Positions 38,886 through 48,570 of a DNA stretch of 64,000 nucleotides are shown one piece after another. Below the pieces are notes generated by a model. The model worked only from the letters and a program-made list of their open reading frames with translations, did no database searches and had not been told where the DNA came from. The position numbers were made by a program, and so were the translations under genes. Source of the stretch: Bacteroidota bacterium (GTDB lineage Bacteria > Bacteroidota > Bacteroidia > Cytophagales > UBA9547); contig RDZG01000057.1 in the NCBI GenBank assembly GCA_004293915.1, forward strand, positions 1-64,000, given 5' to 3'. Within the stretch, counting starts at the first letter, position 1. Every line of letters begins with the position of its first letter.

Positions 38886-40562
38886 TTAGTCAAGTTTGTT
38901 CTTATAACTTTCAATTTCAAGCAAGTATTTTGCTTCTTTATCTTTTAAGTTTTCGTATTGTATGGTTATTTCTTGCATACTTGCTAACATTTGTTGTTCT
39001 TGAATGAGCAAAAGAGCTTGTTTATCATGCACAGAAATTAAATTTTGGAGTTTTCGCTCATCTGTGTTTCGCAATTTGTCTGAATTATCTTTAAGTTCTT
39101 CGAGCAACATTCGGGTTTGAGCCTGAGTGTTGATATTCATAATAACAGAAGCCAAACTTTGAACTATACTTTTAATAAATTCTATTTTATAATCTTCAAA
39201 AACATTAAAAGATGCCAACTCGAGCACACCAACAGTGTTAAGTTCGGTTTTTATTGGGACTAAAAGAACAGAAGTGGGTACTGCTTCGCCAAGACCAGAA
39301 GTGATTTTAATATAGTCGTCAGGAACTTTTGCTAAATGAATGGTTTCGTTTTCGAGAAAACAATGTCCAACCAAATCTTCGGTCAAAGAAATCTCTTTTG
39401 AAAGATGTTTTTTTCTATTGTAAGCGTAATATGAAGTTAATTCCAAAGCAGTTTCGCCATTTTTTTCCCTTTTTAGATAAACACAACCTTGATTTACATT
39501 CAAATATTTTACTAATCTCAATAAAAAGTTATCGCATGTAATCGAAATACTTTCGTTATATGCCCTTAATAGTTCATCAAATTGGATTTTACCTTGTGAA
39601 GCCCACATCCGAATTTGGTCTTCCATTTTTAATTTTCGAAGTTGGTTACTCATATTCAATAAAGAATACCCCAACTTATCTTCTTTACTTAATAATTGAA
39701 ACTCTTTATCGAAATTTTGATTTCCTATTTCCTCTGCAAAATTTATTTTATCATTTAATCCAACTACTAAATTCTGGATTGCCTTCGACATTTCGCCAAT
39801 CTCATCTTCTCTTTTTAGCGAATTAGCATCTACATTTATTGTTTTTCCAATACTAAGTTCTAAAATAATTTTCTTTATATCATTTATTGGATTGATAACA
39901 GCTTTTTTGGCATAATAATAGGCAATCAAGCCTAAAGAAAAAATCACAATCAAGGAAATTGTTTGTAATAAGCTAATATAAAAATACGAATTTGCTTTAT
40001 CATCTTGAACTTTACTTAAATTCTGATTTTCATATATAATATAACTATCAAGTTGGTTTTCTAATTCTAAAGCCGATTTCCGAACATCATTATCGAAAAT
40101 ATTGATAGCAGAATCTATGATTACATCATCACTATAAGCCTCATCGTTTTGCAACAATTGTGTAATTTTAGCTTCAGACTTTATTAAGGCATTAAATTTT
40201 TCAATTTTTGTTGTCAAAAACTGTTTTGATGAATCAGAAATTGTGTTATCGTATAAAATTACATCAAACTTATTCTTTAATTCGTCAAAATCTTTAGTAA
40301 TAATTTTTGAAAGTGTGTTTTTTTCATTTTCATTGGGCATATAAATCCAATTACTAGTAAGTTTTCTCGAGTCAGAAACCATTACTTTGAAATCTTTAGA
40401 GGTTTCTACAATTGGCAAAATAATATTGCAAATATTTTTATCAATTTTTCGATTGGTTTGTAAAAGATATACAGAAACTAGTGTTGTAAAAAAAGACACT
40501 AAAGTTATGCCAACAAAGCCTAAGGCAATTTTTCGGGCAATATTTAATTTGATTGTTTTCAT
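38886..40562 (-). CDS. Membrane sensor protein: periplasmic domain, TM, HAMP, GAF, C-terminal coiled coil (no kinase or other output domain)
   Basis: 558 aa. Two TM segments flank a ~170-aa extracytoplasmic region. HAMP-like stretch, then GAF, then a heptad-rich tail. Paralog of 41117-42790. Confidence 0.6.
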   Translation of the reverse strand: MKTIKLNIARKIALGFVGITLVSFFTTLVSVYLLQTNRKIDKNICNIILPIVETSKDFKVMVSDSRKLTSNWIYMPNENEKNTLSKIITKDFDELKNKFDVILYDNTISDSSKQFLTTKIEKFNALIKSEAKITQLLQNDEAYSDDVIIDSAINIFDNDVRKSALELENQLDSYIIYENQNLSKVQDDKANSYFYISLLQTISLIVIFSLGLIAYYYAKKAVINPINDIKKIILELSIGKTINVDANSLKREDEIGEMSKAIQNLVVGLNDKINFAEEIGNQNFDKEFQLLSKEDKLGYSLLNMSNQLRKLKMEDQIRMWASQGKIQFDELLRAYNESISITCDNFLLRLVKYLNVNQGCVYLKREKNGETALELTSYYAYNRKKHLSKEISLTEDLVGHCFLENETIHLAKVPDDYIKITSGLGEAVPTSVLLVPIKTELNTVGVLELASFNVFEDYKIEFIKSIVQSLASVIMNINTQAQTRMLLEELKDNSDKLRNTDERKLQNLISVHDKQALLLIQEQQMLASMQEITIQYENLKDKEAKYLLEIESYKNKLD

Positions 40563-40627
40563 AACAATTTAAAAATTAAATCTACTTAATACTTTGAATT
40601 AAAGAAAAACATATTGATTAAGAGTTA

Positions 40628-40975
40628 TTATAGATATTTTTTACTAATTTCTAAAATCTTTGCTTTGGTAACAGGCTTGGTTAAACGCTCAACTTCGCTA
40701 TCGCTCACAAAAATACTATCTAAAAAAGCAGTTAAAAACACAAAAGGAATGTTTGCATACAATGGATTAGATTTTACAAATTGAAACACCTCATTGCCAT
40801 CGGCTAGTGGCATAATTACATCACAAAGAATTAAATCAATAGGTTCATTTTTAATAATTTCAATGGCTTCAAGTCCATTTGTAGCCTCAAACAACGTGTT
40901 TTCTGGCGAATATAGATAGCCTTTCAGTGCAATTCTAAAAATTTCTACATCATCAACAATTAATATATTTTTCAT
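40628..40975 (-). CDS. Stand-alone response-regulator receiver (CheY-like)
   Basis: 115 aa. DDVE acidic pocket, phosphoacceptor LILCDVIMP, T (FLTA) and K (LTKP) residues. No output domain. Confidence 0.75.
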   Translation of the reverse strand: MKNILIVDDVEIFRIALKGYLYSPENTLFEATNGLEAIEIIKNEPIDLILCDVIMPLADGNEVFQFVKSNPLYANIPFVFLTAFLDSIFVSDSEVERLTKPVTKAKILEISKKYL

Positions 40976-41116
40976 TTATTTAAGGTAAGTAAATATTAAA
41001 AAGTTTAGTGTTATGTAATATATTTTACAAAAGAATAAAAATGTTTTCAAATTTTAATTTTTTTCTTAATTTTTAATCTTAAAATACTTATAAGTAAAAT
41101 TAATTAGGTATAGACT

Positions 41117-42790
41117 TTACAATTGATTATTTTTTAAGCTTTCAATTTCAGTTAAAAGTAATGATTCTTTGTCTAGCAAATTTTCGTTTTGAATAGTAAT
41201 TTCTTGCATTTTGGCAAGCATTTCTTGCTCTTGACTTCGCATCAATTCTTGTGTTGTGTTTAATTCTTCTAAGTTTTGACGCATTTCTTCTTCTTGTGCT
41301 CGCAAATATTCGCCTTGTAATTGCAATTCTTGCAACAGATTTTGTGTCCGCAAATTTGTTTTTACAGTAGATAGAGTAGAAGCTATGCTTTCGGCAATTT
41401 TTTCGATAAACTCAATTTTATAGCGTTCAATTTCAACAAAAGAAGCCAATTCTATGGCACCATAAGCTTCGTCATTGATTTTTAGTGGAACTAGCAATAT
41501 ACAACTTGGTGTGCGATGTCCCAATCCAGATGTAATTTCAACATATTGGTCAGGTATTTCAGTAAGCATGATGGTATCCAAATCGCGAATGCATTCTCCT
41601 AAAATACTATCGTTGAGTTCGAGTCGTTTGAAAACATTTTTTTTCTCTTTATCATAGGCATAACACGACATCATTTCGATAAATGGGTCTTTTGGATTAT
41701 CTTCATTTATAGTAAACAATCCACCTTGATTTACTTCTAAATACCTGACAATGAATTTTATAATGTTACGATATAATACAGATGCTTCTTGTTGATTGGC
41801 TCTTAAAATCTCTCCCATTTGAGCAAGCCCAGATGTTGCCCAATTGCGTTGATGATCTTTAATGGCATTTGTTTTTAAGTTAGTTCGCATTTCAACAAGC
41901 GAATTGCCAAGTTCGTCAGCTGAGCCAAGTGGGCTATAGTCGCTTTCGTAATTTCCTTTACCAATTTCTAATGCAAAATTGGTATTCGATCGCATACCTT
42001 TGAGCATGGTTTTGGTTGCCGAAACCATTTCTCCAACTTCGTCTTTTGTGTCTTTGAGCGAAACTTCTCTAATTTCGCCAATACTCATCGATTGAATAAT
42101 GTTTTTTAAATTATTGAGTGGTTTCACAATGCTACTCGAAGTATAAAAAGTGGCATACACACTTATTAAAATAAACAATATAATCGATGCTATAAGAATG
42201 ATAATTTGAGCAGTAAAACGTTTTTGTTTTTGTTCGAGAGCTGCATCAATTATGGTTTGTTGCGTTACGATGGCATCAGCAATCTTTTCAGTAATAAATT
42301 TTATTTCTGGAGAGATATTTAAAATTATTTCTTCATTTGCTGCATCTATATTTTCATCGCTACTATAATCTTCATCTTCGTTTAATTTAGCCATAACAGC
42401 TTTATAATGAGGAAGTAAGACATTTATTTTTTCTATGATATTTAAAATATTGCGTTCTTCTTTTGTGGTTTCACCCGTGATAGAAATATCTGCAATATTG
42501 TCTTTAATGTTTGGGTATTCAGTTTCTAAAATATTAATTAGTTTAGCTTTATCGGCTTTGTTTGGCTGATTTGCCCAATTAAATATCAATCTTTCGCTAT
42601 TTTCTAATGCATGTTTAAGTTGCACAAGTTTTGTGATCATAGGAAAGTATTTTTTACTTACCAATAAATCATCTCCACGGTTTTGAAAAGATTGATAAAA
42701 AATAATGATAGAGATTATCAAAAATAAAACCAAAACGGCAAGATAACCTTGCTTAATTTTACCTCCTATACCATAGAAAAAGTTTTTCAT
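41117..42790 (-). CDS. Membrane sensor protein: periplasmic domain, TM, HAMP, GAF, coiled coil (paralog)
   Basis: 557 aa. Same architecture. C-terminal tail MLAKMQEITIQNENL matches MLASMQEITIQYENL in the paralog. Confidence 0.6.
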   Translation of the reverse strand: MKNFFYGIGGKIKQGYLAVLVLFLIISIIIFYQSFQNRGDDLLVSKKYFPMITKLVQLKHALENSERLIFNWANQPNKADKAKLINILETEYPNIKDNIADISITGETTKEERNILNIIEKINVLLPHYKAVMAKLNEDEDYSSDENIDAANEEIILNISPEIKFITEKIADAIVTQQTIIDAALEQKQKRFTAQIIILIASIILFILISVYATFYTSSSIVKPLNNLKNIIQSMSIGEIREVSLKDTKDEVGEMVSATKTMLKGMRSNTNFALEIGKGNYESDYSPLGSADELGNSLVEMRTNLKTNAIKDHQRNWATSGLAQMGEILRANQQEASVLYRNIIKFIVRYLEVNQGGLFTINEDNPKDPFIEMMSCYAYDKEKKNVFKRLELNDSILGECIRDLDTIMLTEIPDQYVEITSGLGHRTPSCILLVPLKINDEAYGAIELASFVEIERYKIEFIEKIAESIASTLSTVKTNLRTQNLLQELQLQGEYLRAQEEEMRQNLEELNTTQELMRSQEQEMLAKMQEITIQNENLLDKESLLLTEIESLKNNQL

Positions 42791-42808
42791 ATTTTAGAAA
42801 AAGAAAAT

Positions 42809-43270
42809 TTATTCGATTTTGGCAACAATTTTTATTTTAGATTTCATATCTGCACTCAACGAATTGCTGTTTACAAAACCAATTGCACCTTCTTGATCTG
42901 CTACAAATTCGATAATATCTCTTTCATTACCAAATTTATCTTGTGGCTTTTCGGCACTTTCGTATTGTTTTTGATTAAAATACGCTTCGACATCTGTTGC
43001 AGACATATTCAGTACTTTTTTATAAAATGCTTGCTGTTCGGGGCTTTTGCTTTTTGAATCTACCGGACGAATATTTTTATTAATTGTGGGCCAACGTTTT
43101 TTAACTTTTCGGAGCCAATATAATTTTACCTCACTAAGCGATAAACTTTCCACTGGATTATCTTTATGGACAATAATTACCAACGTTTGGTCTTGTATAT
43201 TATTTGGAGAAAAAGCTCCAAAAAGCAAAACAATAAAAACAGAAAAGAAAAGAATTTTAATAGATTTCAT
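42809..43270 (-). CDS. Small periplasmic PBP-like (PstS-type lobe) substrate-binding-domain protein
   Basis: 153 aa with a signal peptide. Resembles one lobe of a phosphate-binding-protein-like domain (VHKDNPV...GAIGFV). Confidence 0.4.
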   Translation of the reverse strand: MKSIKILFFSVFIVLLFGAFSPNNIQDQTLVIIVHKDNPVESLSLSEVKLYWLRKVKKRWPTINKNIRPVDSKSKSPEQQAFYKKVLNMSATDVEAYFNQKQYESAEKPQDKFGNERDIIEFVADQEGAIGFVNSNSLSADMKSKIKIVAKIE

Positions 43271-43308
43271 TTTTGGTAACGATTTTTTAAACGAGAGTTA
43301 ATTAGTAA

Positions 43309-44400
43309 TTAAAATCCTATTGCAAATTGAGTTGATGGGCCATGTACAAATTTTTCTTTATCAAAAGTGTAAAAATTGTACTCGAATTTTAAAACTGCAT
43401 TTGTATTTAACCTGTATCGTACACCTGGCGAAACCTTAAGATTCGATTGAAATGCCAAATCATCATTTACTGTGGAAAGATCTACACCTGTAATTGGCAT
43501 AAATAAAGGATCTGTCATGTCAAATTTTGTAAATTCAGAAAATAAATAGGGTATGACTTTATCAGAAACTTTAAAGCCTGTGTATAATATACCACTATAT
43601 ATTGATTTGTTACCTAAATTTTTGTATGAATTAATGGTTGAAATATACTCAGCTATTAATTCGAATTTAGAATCGGAGTTTAAATAAACCACACTACCAT
43701 TATAAGCAATTTGTTGTATCTCATCAGCAAATTTGGCAGAAGAAAATTGGCTTGGATCGCCTGCATCAGAGAAGTTATAAATTCCAGAAACAATAAATCT
43801 TAGCCCATCAAAAGGTTGAATGCTTAGATTTGTGGTATATGCAAAATGGGTATCAAAACTTCTGAAATTTCCTCCCAAACCGCCATTTTTTCCAAGCCCA
43901 TTAGATATCATGGCTTTATAACTAAATCTCAAACTGCCTATATCATTTCCCTCGAATTGTACACCAATATCTCTAGTGTTTACAAAACCATCGTCATGAA
44001 TCGGTTGCAAAATATTAGGACGATGAATAACTGGAATCATTACATAAGCAAAATTGTAATTTTGATTCCAAAAGCCCAAAGGCATATACATCCGACCTGC
44101 TCGAATACTAAAATAATCTTGAACATAATATTTTAAAAACAACCGCTCAATCTCGAATTCTGGTCCATTTTTGAAATTCACATGAGGGTGCAACTCAACA
44201 GCAGCAGTTAATCTTTCAGAAATATTTGAGGTTATGTATGCAATAAATTGAGCACCTCTAAATAACGCTCCTACATCTTTATTAGATGGCGAATGTAAAA
44301 GATCAAAACCTGGTTGAGCATAAAAATTAAGTTTTGTTTCTTGTCCAAAAATTAAAAAAGTTTGAACTGTGAATAATAAAGTAAAGTAAATTTTTTTCAT
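43309..44400 (-). CDS. Outer-membrane beta-barrel / porin-like protein
   Basis: 363 aa. Signal peptide. Beta-strand periodicity. Terminal F. Confidence 0.45.
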   Translation of the reverse strand: MKKIYFTLLFTVQTFLIFGQETKLNFYAQPGFDLLHSPSNKDVGALFRGAQFIAYITSNISERLTAAVELHPHVNFKNGPEFEIERLFLKYYVQDYFSIRAGRMYMPLGFWNQNYNFAYVMIPVIHRPNILQPIHDDGFVNTRDIGVQFEGNDIGSLRFSYKAMISNGLGKNGGLGGNFRSFDTHFAYTTNLSIQPFDGLRFIVSGIYNFSDAGDPSQFSSAKFADEIQQIAYNGSVVYLNSDSKFELIAEYISTINSYKNLGNKSIYSGILYTGFKVSDKVIPYLFSEFTKFDMTDPLFMPITGVDLSTVNDDLAFQSNLKVSPGVRYRLNTNAVLKFEYNFYTFDKEKFVHGPSTQFAIGF

Positions 44401-44672
44401 AATTTTAAAAATGTTTATTTGTTTGTTGTTAAAAAATCTAAATCTAATTTGATTATATTCAAATTTAGATTTAGTACTATATTTAATCTGAAATTGTTGC
44501 TCAAATATAAGTTAGTAAATTCGAGCTATGCAATAATTATTACTTATATTCGATTAAATTGTAATTTTGCATATTAAAAATACAAAAAACTTCGATTAAA
44601 TTTTATAGTAGAAAAGCAGAAATAAAACAAATATACGCCTTGTAAATAGAAAACGTTTTTAAGTATATTTAC

Positions 44673-45302
44673 TTATTCATCATCATAACCACCTTTAGAG
44701 AATTCATCAAAACCATAATCATCTGATGGAGCTTCATCATCACCATTTTCGTCAAAATCAGTATTGTTTAAGCCTTCCAAATCATCGTCATCGTAATCAT
44801 CAAACTCATCACGCATTCCGCCTGTTTTCTTTTTTGTTCCAAAACGAGGTTCGTCATCTTCGTCATCTTCTTTGATGCTCATATCCGATTCTTGTTTGGT
44901 TTCTCCCATCGACTCAATCACGTCAGGATATTGTACCGAACTGCGTTGTGGAACCATTTTTTCGTAAAAAATCAAAAAACGATATTCTTCTAAATAATCG
45001 TAAACAAAAAGAAATTCTTTTTGCAACTCGAAAATATCATCAATAAAAGTATTTTTAAGTGTATTTTTTTTAATATCTTCCTCAAATAATTCATATTTAT
45101 GTTCAGATTTGTTCCAATTATCAGGATCAGAATAAAAACCAAATGGTTCGCTCATTTTAAAACTAAATGATTTTAAAATCTGTTGTGCCAATTGCATCAA
45201 TGTAGTGTCTTTGTGAAACTGAATAATGCGATATGGTTTGCGTTCGATTTTATTGCTCGCATCAGTAGAAACAACTCTAATTTGGTATATGTCTTTGTTC
45301 AT
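44673..45302 (-). CDS. Hypothetical protein with acidic disordered tail (N-terminus resembles pRiA4b ORF3-like family)
   Basis: 209 aa. N-terminal IYQIRVV... pattern. C-terminal D/E-rich low-complexity region. Confidence 0.35.
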   Translation of the reverse strand: MNKDIYQIRVVSTDASNKIERKPYRIIQFHKDTTLMQLAQQILKSFSFKMSEPFGFYSDPDNWNKSEHKYELFEEDIKKNTLKNTFIDDIFELQKEFLFVYDYLEEYRFLIFYEKMVPQRSSVQYPDVIESMGETKQESDMSIKEDDEDDEPRFGTKKKTGGMRDEFDDYDDDDLEGLNNTDFDENGDDEAPSDDYGFDEFSKGGYDDE

Positions 45303-45422
45303 ATTTTGAAGAAAAGATAAATGGGGAGCGAAAATAAAATAAAAAGTTTAAAAATGCACAAAAAAAATACATCTGTTATAAATACAAGATTGAATTGTCT
45401 AACTTTCAAAAAAAATTAAACG

Positions 45423-48083
45423 ATGCATAACCCTGAGAAAGAGCGAGTTTTAAGCACAAAAGGTAACCGAACATGGAAAACCTGGGGTCCGTATATGTCG
45501 GAGCGACAATGGGGAACTGTAAGAGAAGATTATAGCGAACACGGCTCTGCATGGGAATATTTTACACACGACATGGCTCGCTCACGTGCCTATCGTTGGG
45601 GTGAAGATGGCATATGTGGCTTGTGCGATAACAAACAATTTTTGTGTTTTGCTCCAGCCTTTTGGAACGAAAAAGATCCGTTTTTGAAAGAGCGTTTGTT
45701 CGGTTTAACTGGTAATCAAGGTAATCATGGCGAGGATGTGAAAGAAATGTACTACTATTTGGACAGTACACCTACACATTCTTACATGAAGATGTTGTAC
45801 AAATATCCGCATGCTGCGTTTCCATATCAAAAAATTATTGACGAAACAGCCAAAAGAACTCGCCTCGAACCCGAATATGAATTGATGGATACGGGAATTT
45901 TTGCAGAAAATAGATATTTTGATATTTTTATAGAATACGCAAAATTCGACCAAGATGACATGTGTATCAAAATCACGGCTGTAAATCGCGGACCCGAAAC
46001 AGCAACTTTAGATATTATTCCGCAACTTTGGTTCCGAAATTTTTGGAGCTATTTACCTGATGACCCATACAAACCTAGACTTAGTTCTGGTGTAAACACT
46101 ATATATGTAGAACATCGTGATTTAGGAAATTTTAATTTTTATTATGAAGGCAATCCTACACCGCTTTTTACAAATAACGAAACCAATTGGACAGCTGTAT
46201 ATAATGCTAAACCTAAAAAAGGTTTTTATAAAGACGGAATAAACGATTATATTGTTAATGGCAACAAAAAAGCTATTAACTCTGCCGATGAAGGCACAAA
46301 AGCCGGTTTGCAATACACAACTTTGATTGAATCTGGAGAAAGTTTTAGCATAAAACTTCGATTAAGTAAAAGTTATAATAAATTCCCTTTTCGTGATTTT
46401 GATGAAATATTCGATATGCGAAAAAACGAAGCTGATGTTTTTTATGCCGAAGTGCAATCAAAAGTTGATGATACAGATTTGAAAAACATTCAGCGTCAGG
46501 CATTTGCAGGGATGCTAACCTCAAAACAGTTTTTTTATTATGATGTAGATTTGTGGCTCAAAGGCGACCCAAAAACCTATCCTCCACGAGAGCGAAATTG
46601 GGGCAGAAACAACCAATGGCGACATTTGAATAATATGGACATTATTTCTATGCCCGATAAATGGGAATATCCATGGTATGCGGCTTGGGATTTGGCTTTT
46701 CATGTGATTGCTATTGCTGTTGTGGATCCTGATTTTGCAAAACGACAATTATTACTATTGTTAAGAGAGTGGTATATGCATCCTAACGGACAAATTCCAG
46801 CTTATGAATGGAATTTTTCGGATGTAAATCCTCCTGTACACGCTTGGGCTTGTATTCGCGTTTTTCAGATTGAACGAAATGTTTATGGTACCGAAGATTA
46901 TGATTTCTTAGAAAGAGTTTTTCATAAACTAATGCTTAATTTCACATGGTGGATTAACCAAAAAGACAGTGACGGAAAAAATATTTTTGAAGGTGGATTT
47001 TTGGGAATGGATAATATTGGGGTTTTCGACCGCAGCCGACCATTGCCTACTGGTGGAAAACTTGAGCAAGCCGATGGCACAAGTTGGATTGCCATGTATT
47101 CGCTAAATATGCTCAAAATTTCGCTGAATTTGGCCAAAAAGAATTCAGCTTATGAAGATACTGCTTCTAAATTTTTGGAGCATTTTATGTTTATTGCTGG
47201 TGCGATTGCCAATATTTCGGGGAGTGCGCTAAATCTTTGGAACGAAGAAGATGAGTTTTTCTATGATGTTTTGAATATGCACAATGGCGAATTTATTCCC
47301 ATCAAAATTCGCTCCATGGTAGGTTTGATTCCTATGTTTGCAGTAGAAACCATTGAACCCGATTTGCTCGAAAAACTTCCAAACTTCAAACGCAGAATGG
47401 AATGGTTTTTAAATTATAGACCACAATATGCCACTTTGATTTCGGCTTGGCGAGACCCAAGCAAAGGTGTACGTAGGCGTTTTTCGATTATCAAAGGCAG
47501 CCGTTTGAAAAAAGTATTGCGTACAATGCTCGATGAATCCGAATTTTTATCTGATTTTGGAATTCGTGCATTATCAAAATATCACAAAGAAAAGCCCTAT
47601 GTTTTTAAACACGAGGAACAAGAATATTCGGTTGCTTATAATCCTGGCGAATCAGATAGTTCGATGTTTGGCGGAAACTCAAACTGGCGAGGACCAATTT
47701 GGTTTCCTGTAAACTATATGATAATCGAATCGCTCAATAAATTTTATATGTATTATGGCTCTGATTACAAAATAGAATACCCAACTGGGTCAGGCAACTT
47801 GCTCGATTTGAGGCAAATAGCCGATGAGTTGCGTATGCGCATGATAAATTTATTTGTAAAAAACAGCAAAGGATTTAGACCGATTCACGGCAGTGATGAG
47901 CGTATTCAGACCGATCCCAATTTTAAAGATTATATTCATTTTTACGAATATATGCATGGAGATACTGGAGCAGGATTGGGTGCCAGCCACCAAACAGGCT
48001 GGACAGGTTTAGTTGCAGAAATGATTTATATGCACTATGAATACAAAAGCGAAGAAGGTGTTGTTGAGCAATTATTAGGCTAA
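45423..48083 (+). CDS. Glycoside hydrolase, GH63-like (MGH1/glucosidase family, (alpha/alpha)6 barrel)
   Basis: 886 aa. N-terminal WKTWGPYMSERQWGTVREDYS is a signature I recall for bacterial GH63-like glucosidases. Confidence 0.55.
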   Translation: MHNPEKERVLSTKGNRTWKTWGPYMSERQWGTVREDYSEHGSAWEYFTHDMARSRAYRWGEDGICGLCDNKQFLCFAPAFWNEKDPFLKERLFGLTGNQGNHGEDVKEMYYYLDSTPTHSYMKMLYKYPHAAFPYQKIIDETAKRTRLEPEYELMDTGIFAENRYFDIFIEYAKFDQDDMCIKITAVNRGPETATLDIIPQLWFRNFWSYLPDDPYKPRLSSGVNTIYVEHRDLGNFNFYYEGNPTPLFTNNETNWTAVYNAKPKKGFYKDGINDYIVNGNKKAINSADEGTKAGLQYTTLIESGESFSIKLRLSKSYNKFPFRDFDEIFDMRKNEADVFYAEVQSKVDDTDLKNIQRQAFAGMLTSKQFFYYDVDLWLKGDPKTYPPRERNWGRNNQWRHLNNMDIISMPDKWEYPWYAAWDLAFHVIAIAVVDPDFAKRQLLLLLREWYMHPNGQIPAYEWNFSDVNPPVHAWACIRVFQIERNVYGTEDYDFLERVFHKLMLNFTWWINQKDSDGKNIFEGGFLGMDNIGVFDRSRPLPTGGKLEQADGTSWIAMYSLNMLKISLNLAKKNSAYEDTASKFLEHFMFIAGAIANISGSALNLWNEEDEFFYDVLNMHNGEFIPIKIRSMVGLIPMFAVETIEPDLLEKLPNFKRRMEWFLNYRPQYATLISAWRDPSKGVRRRFSIIKGSRLKKVLRTMLDESEFLSDFGIRALSKYHKEKPYVFKHEEQEYSVAYNPGESDSSMFGGNSNWRGPIWFPVNYMIIESLNKFYMYYGSDYKIEYPTGSGNLLDLRQIADELRMRMINLFVKNSKGFRPIHGSDERIQTDPNFKDYIHFYEYMHGDTGAGLGASHQTGWTGLVAEMIYMHYEYKSEEGVVEQLLG

Positions 48084-48117
48084 ATTACTTTGCAGATTAT
48101 ATGATAAATTGTGATTT

Positions 48118-48568
48118 TTATAATTTTAAATCACAATTTACTTCAACTTCGTTGATTTCCACTCCTAGCTTTTTGTAAAATTGAATTGCTTTAGTATTCC
48201 AATTAGATACTTGCCATCTTACCTTTTTGCATTGGTGTTTTTCTTCCAATTTCAAACACTTTTTGCATTAAAGAAGAGCCTATACCTTGCCCTCTAAATG
48301 CTTCTACTACATACAAATCGTCTAAATATATAGATTTGCCAGTCCAAGAAAAATAGGCAAAATAATAACTTGCAAATCCTATAATTTTGTTTTCATGAAC
48401 TACAACCAATGCTTGAAAAAGCTCTTTATCGAGTACCATTTGCTGTGAAGTAATGACTACTTTTTCAGGAGTTTTCACAAACACTGCCAATTCCATAATC
48501 AACGCATGAATAGCTTCAAAATCGGATTCGGTGGCTTGGCGGATGTGGAATTGGATTGTTTTATTCAT
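48118..48568 (-). pseudogene. GNAT N-acetyltransferase interrupted by a frameshift in an A-run
   Basis: ORF-track product ends ...EIGRKTPMQKGKMASI*. The +1 frame continues RWQVSNWNTKAIQFYKKLGVEINEV..., the canonical GNAT C-terminus. The shift lies in agaaaaacacc around 48205-48225. Confidence 0.6.
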
Positions 48569-48570
48569 TA

